From Parcubacteria group bacterium (GTDB lineage Bacteria > Patescibacteriota > Minisyncoccia > Phycocordibacterales > DATDWN01), in NCBI GenBank assembly GCA_040079825.1, contig JBEBJP010000001.1, positions 1 through 52,162 on the forward strand: DNA of 52,162 bases, read 5' to 3'. Position 1 is the first letter of the stretch, and each line of letters begins with the position of its first letter. The position numbers and the translations under genes were made by a program. A model generated the notes under the pieces. It did no database searches, had not been told where the DNA came from, and worked only from the letters and a program-made list of their open reading frames with translations. This document shows positions 36,859 through 46,813 of this stretch, piece by piece.

Positions 36859-37158
36859 TTATGACTTAGGCTTGTCCAAATGGTTCAATTTTAAAATCTT
36901 CACCCCCAAATATACAACAGCAGCAATTATTACAAAATCAACAACTGTAGATATAAATGCTCCATATTTTAGAGCTACCCCACCCATCGAAAAGACCTTA
37001 TCAGATAAATCCACCCTACCCAAAATCGCACCTATTATTGGGTTAATAATATTTTCCACCAATGAAGAAACTGTTTTAGAAACTGCACCTCCCAAAATAA
37101 AACCAACTGTCAGACCAACCACACCCTGCTCTCTAATAAAATCCAAGAATCCTTTCAT
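36859..37158 (-). CDS. mscL: Large-conductance mechanosensitive channel MscL (short)
   Basis: 99 aa: MKGFLDFIREQGVVGLTVGFILGGA... is the typical MscL N-terminus, with two TM helices. Confidence 0.75.
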   Translation of the reverse strand: MKGFLDFIREQGVVGLTVGFILGGAVSKTVSSLVENIINPIIGAILGRVDLSDKVFSMGGVALKYGAFISTVVDFVIIAAVVYLGVKILKLNHLDKPKS

Positions 37159-37198
37159 TTATTTTTAATAATTTATAATATTCAAATAATATCACATT

Positions 37199-37358
37199 AA
37201 ACATGTTTTTCTTGAGCTACCGACAAGAGAATCTCCTTTGACTAAAACATTCGCCGTCGCTCATGTTTTGTCTAGGCACCGACTCGCGTCCTGCTTTTGC
37301 TAAAGCAGGAATCGCTCCGTCGTCCGATTCCCCCACGAAAAACATGTTTTTCTTGAGC
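37199..37358. repeat. 19-bp direct repeat (37199-37217 and 37340-37358) bracketing a GC-rich ~122-bp insert next to the tRNA-Thr 3' end
   Basis: AAACATGTTTTTCTTGAGC occurs twice. A third degenerate copy (CATGTTTTGTCTAGGC) lies at ~37262. The insert contains an 8-bp hairpin at 37289-37310. Confidence 0.7.
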
Positions 37359-37427
37359 CGCTGGCGGGAATCGGACCCGCGATCTCCGTCTTACCAAGAC
37401 GGTGCTTTACCACTAAGCCACAACGGC
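37356..37427 (-). tRNA. tRNA-Thr (anticodon GGT)
   Basis: GCCGTTG TG GCTT AGTGGTA AAGC A CCGTC TTGGTAA GACGG AGATC GCGGG TCCGATT CCCGC CAGCGGC T. No CCA is encoded. Confidence 0.85.
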
Positions 37428-37450
37428 ACCAACTCTCCAACCGACGTATA

Positions 37451-37918
37451 TTACTTCAATTTTTTGATATCTTCCAGTATTTCATTTGCATGAACTTCTG
37501 GTTTCACTTTCTCATAGATCTTTGCTATTTTACCGCTCGGGTCTATCAAAAAAGAAGTTCTAAACACACCCATATATTTTCTACCGTACATACTTTTTTC
37601 ACCCCAAACATTGTATTTTCTAACTATTTCCTTTTCTTCATCAGTTAGAAGTGTAAAAGGTAAATCATATTTATCTGCAAACTTCTTATGACTTTTTACC
37701 CCATCAATACTAATACCAAAAACCTGCAATTTTAATTTTTTAAATTCTGGCCATGCATCTCTTATAGAACAAGCTTCTTTTGTACAACCAGGAGTGTCGT
37801 CTTTTGGATAAAAATACAAAAGAATCCACTTTCCAAAATAGTTGGACAGTTTTTGAGTTTTCCCGTCTTGATCAAAAGTTTGAAAATCTGGGGCTTTTTT
37901 TCCTTCCTTCAGTTGCAT
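37451..37918 (-). CDS. bcp: Peroxiredoxin (Bcp/PrxQ type)
   Basis: 155 aa with the active site YPKDDTPGCTKEAC. Confidence 0.85.
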   Translation of the reverse strand: MQLKEGKKAPDFQTFDQDGKTQKLSNYFGKWILLYFYPKDDTPGCTKEACSIRDAWPEFKKLKLQVFGISIDGVKSHKKFADKYDLPFTLLTDEEKEIVRKYNVWGEKSMYGRKYMGVFRTSFLIDPSGKIAKIYEKVKPEVHANEILEDIKKLK

Positions 37919-37940
37919 ATAAACAGTATAGCAAAAATAT

Positions 37941-38564
37941 CTACTTGTTATATTCCACTATCTTCCCCGCCTTTATCTCAACGTCGTCGGCATTTCTGAG
38001 GTTTTTTATCTGTTTTTTAGTGAGAATAGAAAAGTGCTTTATATCATCCAAATATTCTGTTATTTGAGAAATATCCTCTTCGGTTGTTCTCCAATTTATT
38101 TTATTAAACTTATTCAAATCAAGTAATATGGAGTACTCTCTCAGAGTTTTATACCCACTATTATTTAAAAAATACTCATGAAAAAAGGACATGACGAGCT
38201 CTCTTAGATTTTTGTAAACAGGTTCTCTATATCTCAAAACCGCATGGTTAGTTTTTGTAATAGCACCAAAAAAACCGTCTGCTTTAAAAACAGCGATAAC
38301 GTGATCATAATCAAAAGGTTTTTCCGTAGACCTCAAGTCCAAAATGAAAGGTTTGAAGCCGTGAAATTCCAAAACTGCTGCAGCAAAAACTGCACCCTCC
38401 ATACAGTGGGCTTTTTTTGTCTTTATAACCATTCTTGGAGACATACACACACCCTCATCTTCAAAATTAAACTTTATAGAGTTTAAATAATTTTGAATTT
38501 TTGCAGGAGAGTTTAGTTTTCGAAACAAAAGACTCTCTTCCTTTGAGTATTCAAACATACTCAT
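37941..38564 (-). CDS. Hypothetical protein, possible transglutaminase-like cysteine peptidase fold
   Basis: 207 aa. AHCMEGAVFAAA...DHVIAV suggests a Cys-His pair. Weak. Confidence 0.35.
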   Translation of the reverse strand: MSMFEYSKEESLLFRKLNSPAKIQNYLNSIKFNFEDEGVCMSPRMVIKTKKAHCMEGAVFAAAVLEFHGFKPFILDLRSTEKPFDYDHVIAVFKADGFFGAITKTNHAVLRYREPVYKNLRELVMSFFHEYFLNNSGYKTLREYSILLDLNKFNKINWRTTEEDISQITEYLDDIKHFSILTKKQIKNLRNADDVEIKAGKIVEYNK

Positions 38565-38739
38565 AAAAACTACTTGGAATTATTTTCATGACTTATTATA
38601 TAATCCACCACTTTTGGAACCCACTTTTTCTGAGTAAATAGCAAACCAACACCTATAATTATTAAAACCAAAAGGAATATTCTTATAAATTTCATGACAT
38701 AACTATACCATAACAAATGATCGATATAGTAGCCTATAT

Positions 38740-39102
38740 TTATTTTTCAGGACTGCTTTTCTTTTTTACTTTTGAAATCTTGGTCTGTGCAGTCTTTTTT
38801 GATTCTTTTAACTCCTCCATGACTCTTGACCAATTATCTTTTAATTCCTTCACCACCATACCCACATCCTCCTTAGTTACATTTTTGGCCATATAGTAGT
38901 TTTTAGCAACTTCATCTATAACACCCATAAGTGACTCCTTGTTGAGACCCTCCTTTAAATCATTTGCCTTGTCCATAATCTCATCTTTCATACTTGTGGC
39001 CCAACTAGCCACCATTTTTCTATTTTTTTTGGCATTATCACTTACGTAAAAATAGTATCCGGCAGCTAGAGCGGCTCCAACAGCTACCAATCCAATTCCC
39101 AT
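38740..39102 (-). CDS. YtxH-like small membrane-anchored protein
   Basis: 120 aa with an N-terminal Gly/Ala-rich TM helix, then a charged helical region. Confidence 0.4.
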   Translation of the reverse strand: MGIGLVAVGAALAAGYYFYVSDNAKKNRKMVASWATSMKDEIMDKANDLKEGLNKESLMGVIDEVAKNYYMAKNVTKEDVGMVVKELKDNWSRVMEELKESKKTAQTKISKVKKKSSPEK

Positions 39103-39182
39103 CTCACTTCCTACACCTGTGGAAGTTCCCTTCTGACCGTTTTCGCCTGATTTTTTATTGTTTTTATTTGGTATAATTTTAT

Positions 39183-39431
39183 TTATTTTTTATTAATATT
39201 AAATCTATCTTTTAGTTTATCTGTAAATGATTTTATACTTCGTTGCGCTTCTTCGACCTTACCCAAAAGTCTTAAAGCTTTCCAAAGAATCAAACTAATA
39301 AATGTTCCTATAATTACAGTAAAAACGGATGCAATAACAAAAAATACATCCATTTTGAAAAAGTCTTGTATCATAATATGGGTATGATCTAAGACTATCA
39401 GATGAACAATGAAGCACTCATGAAAGTGCAA
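39183..39431 (-). CDS. Small membrane protein (the start may be an internal ATG)
   Basis: 82-aa ORF with one TM helix and a basic C-terminus. Confidence 0.3.
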   Translation of the reverse strand: MHFHECFIVHLIVLDHTHIMIQDFFKMDVFFVIASVFTVIIGTFISLILWKALRLLGKVEEAQRSIKSFTDKLKDRFNINKK

Positions 39432-39529
39432 AAAAAAGGAGGTTTACGCTACTGGGTGACCCGATACATTAAATACTTGATTGAAGTCTACAACTAGATT
39501 GCCATCATTTTTAGATCTAGTGGACTATG

Positions 39530-39937
39530 TTAAGACTGAAATGGTGAAATGCCTTGCTCAATATAATTTTTAAGTGGATAAAAAAGAGGCTCAGGTAATT
39601 TGTCCCATTCAAACCATTCCCATGATTCACATTTATCCGGTTCTCTTAGTTCTGCTTCACCTCCATCATAATCACCTATAAAAAATAAGGTTATAAAGTG
39701 CTTTCCCTCTTCTCTAAATAAATCGTTAGTATAAATACTTTTGGTAATATTTTTTATTTTTAAGCCTGTTTCTTCTTCAACCTCACGAACTGCGCATTCT
39801 TCTGGTGTTTCCCACAAATCCAATTTTCCACCAGGAAAACTCCAAGTTCCATCTCCATGTGAATTCTTTCTTTTACCGAGTAATACTCTATTTTCTCTTC
39901 GAATAATTACTCCCACTCCAACTCCAGGTTTATCCAT
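39530..39937 (-). CDS. Nudix hydrolase (MutT-like)
   Basis: 135 aa with the Nudix box GGKLDLWETPEECAVREVEEETG. Confidence 0.8.
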   Translation of the reverse strand: MDKPGVGVGVIIRRENRVLLGKRKNSHGDGTWSFPGGKLDLWETPEECAVREVEEETGLKIKNITKSIYTNDLFREEGKHFITLFFIGDYDGGEAELREPDKCESWEWFEWDKLPEPLFYPLKNYIEQGISPFQS

Positions 39938-39998
39938 ATTTATATATTAACATAATCCAGAACGGCCTAGTGGACGATGTTAGAACTCAAATTACTTA

Positions 39999-40361
39999 TT
40001 ATTCTAAATAAACATTTCCTGCTCTCTCGTATGCTTCTTTCTCATATTTATTATTCTTATACCCATATTTTAAACTTTGCAAAAAATACAAAAATGGATG
40101 GATTAGAGGTTCTCTTTGATATTGCTCGATATGAATGAGCTCGTGCTCAAAATCTTTTTCTAAGATTTTTGGACTTAGAAGAACTATATTTCCAATCACA
40201 ATTGCTCTTACTCCTCGTAACAAGAAAAACCACCGAAAACTTTTCACATTAATTACAAAACAAAAAGGTTTGCTACTTATTTTGAATTTAAGAGGGATAG
40301 AAAGTATCGCAAAAATAAGACCTAATATTGTCCAAGGCAGATTAAGGATAAAAGAAATCAT
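39999..40361 (-). CDS. Small membrane protein with HExxH metallopeptidase-like motif
   Basis: 120 aa with two TM helices, then HELIHIEQ. Confidence 0.4.
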   Translation of the reverse strand: MISFILNLPWTILGLIFAILSIPLKFKISSKPFCFVINVKSFRWFFLLRGVRAIVIGNIVLLSPKILEKDFEHELIHIEQYQREPLIHPFLYFLQSLKYGYKNNKYEKEAYERAGNVYLE

Positions 40362-40571
40362 TATGAAAATTCTACCATAGTTTTAATCCACTACGCCCGT
40401 GAACTTTTTGTGACTTAAAACAAGACTAAAAATTCTGCGCGGCCGACCGGAATCTTTCCCATTACATGGGCAGTGCACCTGTTCTGTTTTTTGTATCGTT
40501 AACTCACAAAAAACTATCACAGGTTTTCAAGTCCGGACAAAAGCTCTCCCAGAGCTTTTTCCGAGTCACGC

Positions 40572-40596
40572 AAAAACCCCCTTTCGGGGATTTTTT
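40572..40596 (-). terminator. Terminator directly after tRNA-Asp
   Basis: On the minus strand: AAAAATCCCC GAAA GGGGGTTTTT, immediately 3' of the encoded CCA. Confidence 0.7.
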
Positions 40597-40891
40597 GGCG
40601 CGGCCGGCCGGACTTGAACCGGTAACCTCTCCCGTGCACTTATCCAATATTTTCATAAAGGCGTGGACTATATCTTCACCATTGATCCGATTTGCTCGTA
40701 TCATTAGGTGCTTCGGTATCTAGTCTCTACGGCGCCCCCTCAAATGAGGGGTTCCCTCGGTATTCGCATATGGTTCGAAAATCTTACCACTTAGCCTTCA
40801 CCGATATCCCAAAGAGTTTCAATCTACCATTTCGATAGAAAGCTGCAGTATCCTACAGGGGAGTGCTCTAACCAAATTGAGCTACGGCCGC
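40596..40891 (-). tRNA. tRNA-Asp (anticodon GTC), interrupted in the anticodon loop by a group I intron
   Basis: 5' exon 40891-40855: GCGGCCG TA GCTC AATTTGGTTA GAGC A CTCCC CTGT. 3' exon 40636-40596: CAC GGGAG AGGTT ACCGG TTCAAGT CCGGC CGGCCGC G CCA. The spliced loop is CTGTCAC. Confidence 0.75.
40637..40854 (-). ncRNA. Group I intron (218 nt, bacterial tRNA IC3-like), no internal ORF
   Basis: The 5' exon ends in U and can pair CUGU with the intron GCAG (U-G at the splice site). The intron ends in G. The core GTAGAGACTAGA (rc of 40719-40730) matches my memory of the Azoarcus/Anabaena tRNA intron core. Confidence 0.7.
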
Positions 40892-41547
40892 ATTTTTATA
40901 AACTTTTCAAATACATCTTTTTTCCTCTTTAGAAAGAGTTTTGATGTACCTAGGTTATTATACATAAAATCGTATAATTTCAAAGAGTTGATTATGCTGT
41001 AGGTCAGCCGGTAGTAGTTACCCTCACCCTTACGGACAACCCCATTTTGTATACCAAATTCCAGCAATTTATTACCCAAAGATGACAGAAAATCTTTTGA
41101 ACACGAAGTTAAAACCAAACGCACAGCCAACATGCTCTTTTTCCTATCTTTATGTATGTATCCAACCCAAACATTTCCATCTCCATCAAAATAACCCCTA
41201 ACAAAATCTTTTATATATTCGCTCGGTACTTTGGGGAGAGATAAGTTTTTAGTTTTTCTTTCTTTTATACCCAAAATTCTTAAATCATTACACATTTCAA
41301 TACTTCCAATTTGCAACCTGTAAGTTATTTTATCAAATTTTTTTCTGACACTAATTTTGTGCTCAGATTTTAAAACCGTCTTTATTGTATTTATAAGTTT
41401 TTTATCAGATATCTCCAAACACAAAAACTCTGCTCCTCTGTTATTTTTTGTTACATAGCCATCCGCGGAGAAAAAACCAAGAACATAAGCCATCTCTGGA
41501 CTCCATTTTTTAAAAAAATCTTTATTTACTTTTTTATATACTGGCAC
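40882..41547 (-). CDS. Double-motif LAGLIDADG homing endonuclease, free-standing
   Basis: 221 aa with the two motifs LGFFSADGYV and RGYFDGDGNV. The stop codon lies 10 nt inside the 5' end of tRNA-Asp. Confidence 0.85.
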   Translation of the reverse strand: MPVYKKVNKDFFKKWSPEMAYVLGFFSADGYVTKNNRGAEFLCLEISDKKLINTIKTVLKSEHKISVRKKFDKITYRLQIGSIEMCNDLRILGIKERKTKNLSLPKVPSEYIKDFVRGYFDGDGNVWVGYIHKDRKKSMLAVRLVLTSCSKDFLSSLGNKLLEFGIQNGVVRKGEGNYYRLTYSIINSLKLYDFMYNNLGTSKLFLKRKKDVFEKFIKMRP

Positions 41548-41610
41548 GACTATATTTTACATCGTGACAGGGTGTTTACCTAACCAAATAAAACTAGATA
41601 AAATAAGATT

Positions 41611-41826
41611 TTATCTTTTTTCAATATTATCTCTAATTTCCAATATTATAGTTACAATCCAAGAAAGGAAAGATCCAAAACCTAAAATAAACGCTGTGAA
41701 AGCAAGTTGATTAGCCACACCAAAATTATCTGGTCCCCCTCTCCAAATAATGTACAACATGAAGGATGCACAGGTCACCATACAGACCAAAAACACCCTC
41801 AAGGTTACGTATTGTAGTTTTTTCAT
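41611..41826 (-). CDS. Small two-TM membrane protein
   Basis: 71 aa, hydrophobic. Confidence 0.4.
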   Translation of the reverse strand: MKKLQYVTLRVFLVCMVTCASFMLYIIWRGGPDNFGVANQLAFTAFILGFGSFLSWIVTIILEIRDNIEKR

Positions 41827-41827
41827 G

Positions 41828-41901
41828 TGTCGGCGGAAGGACTTGCACCTTCGACCTTGGGCTTATGAGTCCCACGCTCTAACTACCTGAGCTACGCCGA
41901 C
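41828..41901 (-). tRNA. tRNA with CAT anticodon (Met or Ile2)
   Basis: GTCGGCG TA GCTC AGGTAGTTA GAGC G TGGGA CTCATAA GCCCA AGGTC GAAGG TGCAAGT CCTTC CGCCGAC A. Confidence 0.8.
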
Positions 41902-41987
41902 AATATGAGAAATATAACAGAAAAAATCATAAAAACAAAGGGTTGTACTTGCATATAACAGTAAAAGCTTGTAGTATGAATCACGAT

Positions 41988-42058
41988 AGCGGGATAGAGA
42001 AGCAGTATCTCGGTAGGCTCATAACCTGCAGACCCAGGTGCAAGTCCTGGTCCCGCAA
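41988..42058 (+). tRNA. tRNA with CAT anticodon, atypical (possible initiator-like 1-72 mismatch)
   Basis: AGCGGGA TA GAGA AGCAGTA TCTC G GTAGG CTCATAA CCTGC AGAC CCAGG TGCAAGT CCTGG TCCCGCA A. It has an A1xA72 mismatch and a D-loop without GG. Confidence 0.55.
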
Positions 42059-42067
42059 CAAGTAATA

Positions 42068-42094
42068 TAAAACCCCTAGCATGCTAGGGGTTTT
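42068..42094. terminator. Bidirectional terminator hairpin
   Basis: AAAACCCCTAGC AT GCTAGGGGTTTT, between the plus-strand tRNA and the 3' end of the 42093..43052 gene. Confidence 0.7.
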
Positions 42095-43052
42095 ATATTA
42101 CTTTAAACTCTTCAAAAACCGTCCGGTACAACTCGATTATTCTCCTCGCTTCATGCTGAGTCAAGACAAAACTCTGACCTTCGTGAGCTACCTGGTTTCT
42201 AACCCTATGCGCCTCCCATGCATTATCTAAAGTTAGAAAATCACTCTTTTCTACAGACTTTAGCTTATCCCCCACTGTATCGCCCGGAAGATTCATTATT
42301 TCTAATAAATCATAAAGAATAATATCTGCCTCTAAAATAGCCAATCGCCAGTCACTCTCCGTCAAAGAATCAACATATTTTAGTATACGTTCCCAATTTG
42401 GATTTTTTGCAATCTCGACTTGCGGAGTACCTGTCATAAATCCACCTGGATACAAACGCAATCGCTCTTCGTTTCTAATTTTTGCTAGTTTTCTTGAAAC
42501 ATAGACAATGAAAATAAAAAGTATAATGCAAAGAATTATGGATATTACTTTTACATACGAGGTTAACTTCCAAAACAAAAGAAAAATCTTGGCAAAGAAT
42601 CCTGGTTCTTCATCTTTCATATAAGCTATATCTTTTTCAGAAACCCAGCCCGTGGATCCATCTTCAAATGTAACTTCCCAATACTTTTCTCCATATATAG
42701 TCACTGGACCCCCAATAATAGTTCCCTTACTACCAACCTTAAAGCTAGATATCTGTTTGCCTCCAGGACTATCATATAAAGGTGCAGTCTTGCTTGTTAC
42801 AACAAACTTACCTCCAATAGGATTTAGAACAGAAGAAATAGGCTTGGATAAAGACAACCAAATGTTCCTTTCTGTTGGAGCTTTCCAGTTAAAAGAAAAC
42901 AATTTGCCACCATTTACATAGTTGAACAAACCATTCAAAAAAGAAAGGATAAGAAAAATAACTATGAAAAAAGCAATCATCTCTGTAAGAGGATCCGTTG
43001 TTACACCAGCCGGCTTAGAATCTTTTGCTTCTGGTTTTTTCTCATCTGCCAT
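42093..43052 (-). CDS. Membrane protein with SH3b-like domain and C-terminal helical (DUF4145-like) domain
   Basis: 319 aa with two TM helices. YDSPGGKQISSFKVGSKGTIIGG...YWEVTFEDGSTGWVSEKDI is SH3_3-like. Confidence 0.45.
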   Translation of the reverse strand: MADEKKPEAKDSKPAGVTTDPLTEMIAFFIVIFLILSFLNGLFNYVNGGKLFSFNWKAPTERNIWLSLSKPISSVLNPIGGKFVVTSKTAPLYDSPGGKQISSFKVGSKGTIIGGPVTIYGEKYWEVTFEDGSTGWVSEKDIAYMKDEEPGFFAKIFLLFWKLTSYVKVISIILCIILFIFIVYVSRKLAKIRNEERLRLYPGGFMTGTPQVEIAKNPNWERILKYVDSLTESDWRLAILEADIILYDLLEIMNLPGDTVGDKLKSVEKSDFLTLDNAWEAHRVRNQVAHEGQSFVLTQHEARRIIELYRTVFEEFKVI

Positions 43053-43070
43053 AAAATATATTATACAATA

Positions 43071-44480
43071 CTATTCGTTCAAGAACTTCTTTCCAACAGA
43101 AAACAATAAGTCTTCTCTTCCGTGATTTGCCATTATTTGTAAACCTAATGGCAATGAAGCTCCTTCTTTTTCCATAAATCCGGATGGAACAGATATAGCA
43201 GGAATTCCCACAATGTTTGCTGTAACAGTAAAAATATCTTCTAGGTACATTGAAAGCGGATCACTCTTTTCCCCTATCTTCCAAGCTGGTACAGGAGAAG
43301 TCGGTGTTAAAATCAAATCCACTTCAGAAAATACTTCTTTGAACTCTTTACGAACTTGCTCCCTTGCCTTCTGTGCTTTTCCATAATAAGCATCGTAATA
43401 ACCAGCTGAAAGCACATATGTTCCAAGCAATATTCTTCTTCGCGCCTCTTTACCAAAACCCTGACCACGAGAAAGCAAATAGTCTTGTAGTAAATCTTTT
43501 CCGTCTACATGCAGACCATATTTAACACCATCAAAACGAGAAAGGTTTGAGGAAACCTCCGCAAAGTTGATTATGTAATACAAAGCAAGACAGTTCGGTA
43601 GTTTTACATCTTTTATTTTGTAGCCCAAGTTTTCAAGAGTCTTAACTGATTCACTAAAATTCTCCTTCACACCTTGATCAATACCTTCACTGTTAACAAG
43701 ATCCCAAGGCACACCTATTGTTTTAGCCTCTTTAGAATCCTTTGGATATGTTTCCTCACTTATAGTAGTACTATCCAATGGATCCTTTCCTTTTATTACA
43801 TTAAATAAAATCTCTGAATCAGTTACTGTTTTAGTTATTGGACCTATAACATCAAAAGAAGATGTAGCTGCTATTAGACCAGATCTAGATACAGATCCGT
43901 AAGTAGGTTTTAACCCAACTACCCCACAAAAAGAAGACGGCTGTCGCACAGATCCGCCAGTATCTGAACCTAATGCACAAAGTGATGTAGAACTACCCAC
44001 AGAAGCTGCAGAACCACCAGAAGTACCACCAGAGACCCTTTTCTTATCATACGGATTTCTAGTTACACCAAATGCAGAATTCTCTGTAGAACCACCAAGT
44101 GCAAACTCATCCATGTTTGTTCTGCCAATCAAAACAGCCCCAGCTTCTTTAAGTTTAGAAATAGCAGTCGCATCATATGTTGCAACATAATTTTCAAGAA
44201 TTTTAGACGACGCAGAAACATTCTTTCCTTTGATTAAAATATTATCTTTTATCGCAATAGGTACACCCAAAAGTGGAAGACTCTGACCCATGGATATTTT
44301 TTCATCAGCTTTTTTTGCTTGATCCAGAACATCATCATATATTTCCAAATATGCGTTTAGTTCAGGATTTTTATTTTTTATTTCTTCCAAATAAGCAGTA
44401 GCCAGATCAACAGCAGAAAATTCTTTGCTGGCCATTTTCTTACGAGCAGTAGAAATATCGAGAGATTTTAAATCAATCAT
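43071..44480 (-). CDS. gatA: Glutamyl-tRNA(Gln)/Asp-tRNA(Asn) amidotransferase subunit A
   Basis: 469 aa with the amidase signature GGSSGGSAASV-like GGTSGGSAASVG and the Ser-cisSer-Lys family pattern. Confidence 0.9.
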   Translation of the reverse strand: MIDLKSLDISTARKKMASKEFSAVDLATAYLEEIKNKNPELNAYLEIYDDVLDQAKKADEKISMGQSLPLLGVPIAIKDNILIKGKNVSASSKILENYVATYDATAISKLKEAGAVLIGRTNMDEFALGGSTENSAFGVTRNPYDKKRVSGGTSGGSAASVGSSTSLCALGSDTGGSVRQPSSFCGVVGLKPTYGSVSRSGLIAATSSFDVIGPITKTVTDSEILFNVIKGKDPLDSTTISEETYPKDSKEAKTIGVPWDLVNSEGIDQGVKENFSESVKTLENLGYKIKDVKLPNCLALYYIINFAEVSSNLSRFDGVKYGLHVDGKDLLQDYLLSRGQGFGKEARRRILLGTYVLSAGYYDAYYGKAQKAREQVRKEFKEVFSEVDLILTPTSPVPAWKIGEKSDPLSMYLEDIFTVTANIVGIPAISVPSGFMEKEGASLPLGLQIMANHGREDLLFSVGKKFLNE

Positions 44481-44758
44481 TGTAGTATCTTTTTAACTTT
44501 AAGATATTGACCTTCTCTAGATGGAGCATTGTTCAAGATCTCTTCTGTAAACTCCCCTGGCTTATTGGTCACCTCGTCTTTACGCAAGACATTTTTAACA
44601 GGATACGAAGGTGTAAAATCTTCAGCTTTCATATTCTCTATCTGACCAATATACCCCAATATATTATCTATTTCACCAGTTAAACTCTCTGCCTCAGATG
44701 GTTCAATCTGTATACGGGCAAGATTTGCCAAGTTTTGTATATCTTCCTTTGTTATCAT
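44477..44758 (-). CDS. gatC: Amidotransferase subunit C
   Basis: MITKEDIQNLANLARIQIEPSEAESL... is a typical GatC. It overlaps the gatA start by 4 nt. The start was trimmed to the ATG at 44758. Confidence 0.8.
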   Translation of the reverse strand: MITKEDIQNLANLARIQIEPSEAESLTGEIDNILGYIGQIENMKAEDFTPSYPVKNVLRKDEVTNKPGEFTEEILNNAPSREGQYLKVKKILQ

Positions 44759-44776
44759 GAGACCATAATAACACAA

Positions 44777-46813
<2,037 letters not shown>

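Noticed and set aside
36847-36930. I searched for the RF2 programmed frameshift leader (CTT TGA C) upstream of prfB.
   Set aside because: The upstream sequence is the 3' end of mscL, so there is no room or motif for a leader ORF.
37218-37339. I tried to fold the GC-rich insert next to tRNA-Thr as a tRNA, tmRNA or SRP RNA.
   Set aside because: No acceptor-stem complement, T-arm or conserved SRP/tmRNA motif could be formed. I report it only as a repeat-bounded insert.
40466-40723. ORFs 40466..40723 and 40504..40704.
   Set aside because: They lie across the tRNA-Asp 3' exon, terminators and the group I intron. Non-coding explanations are far stronger.
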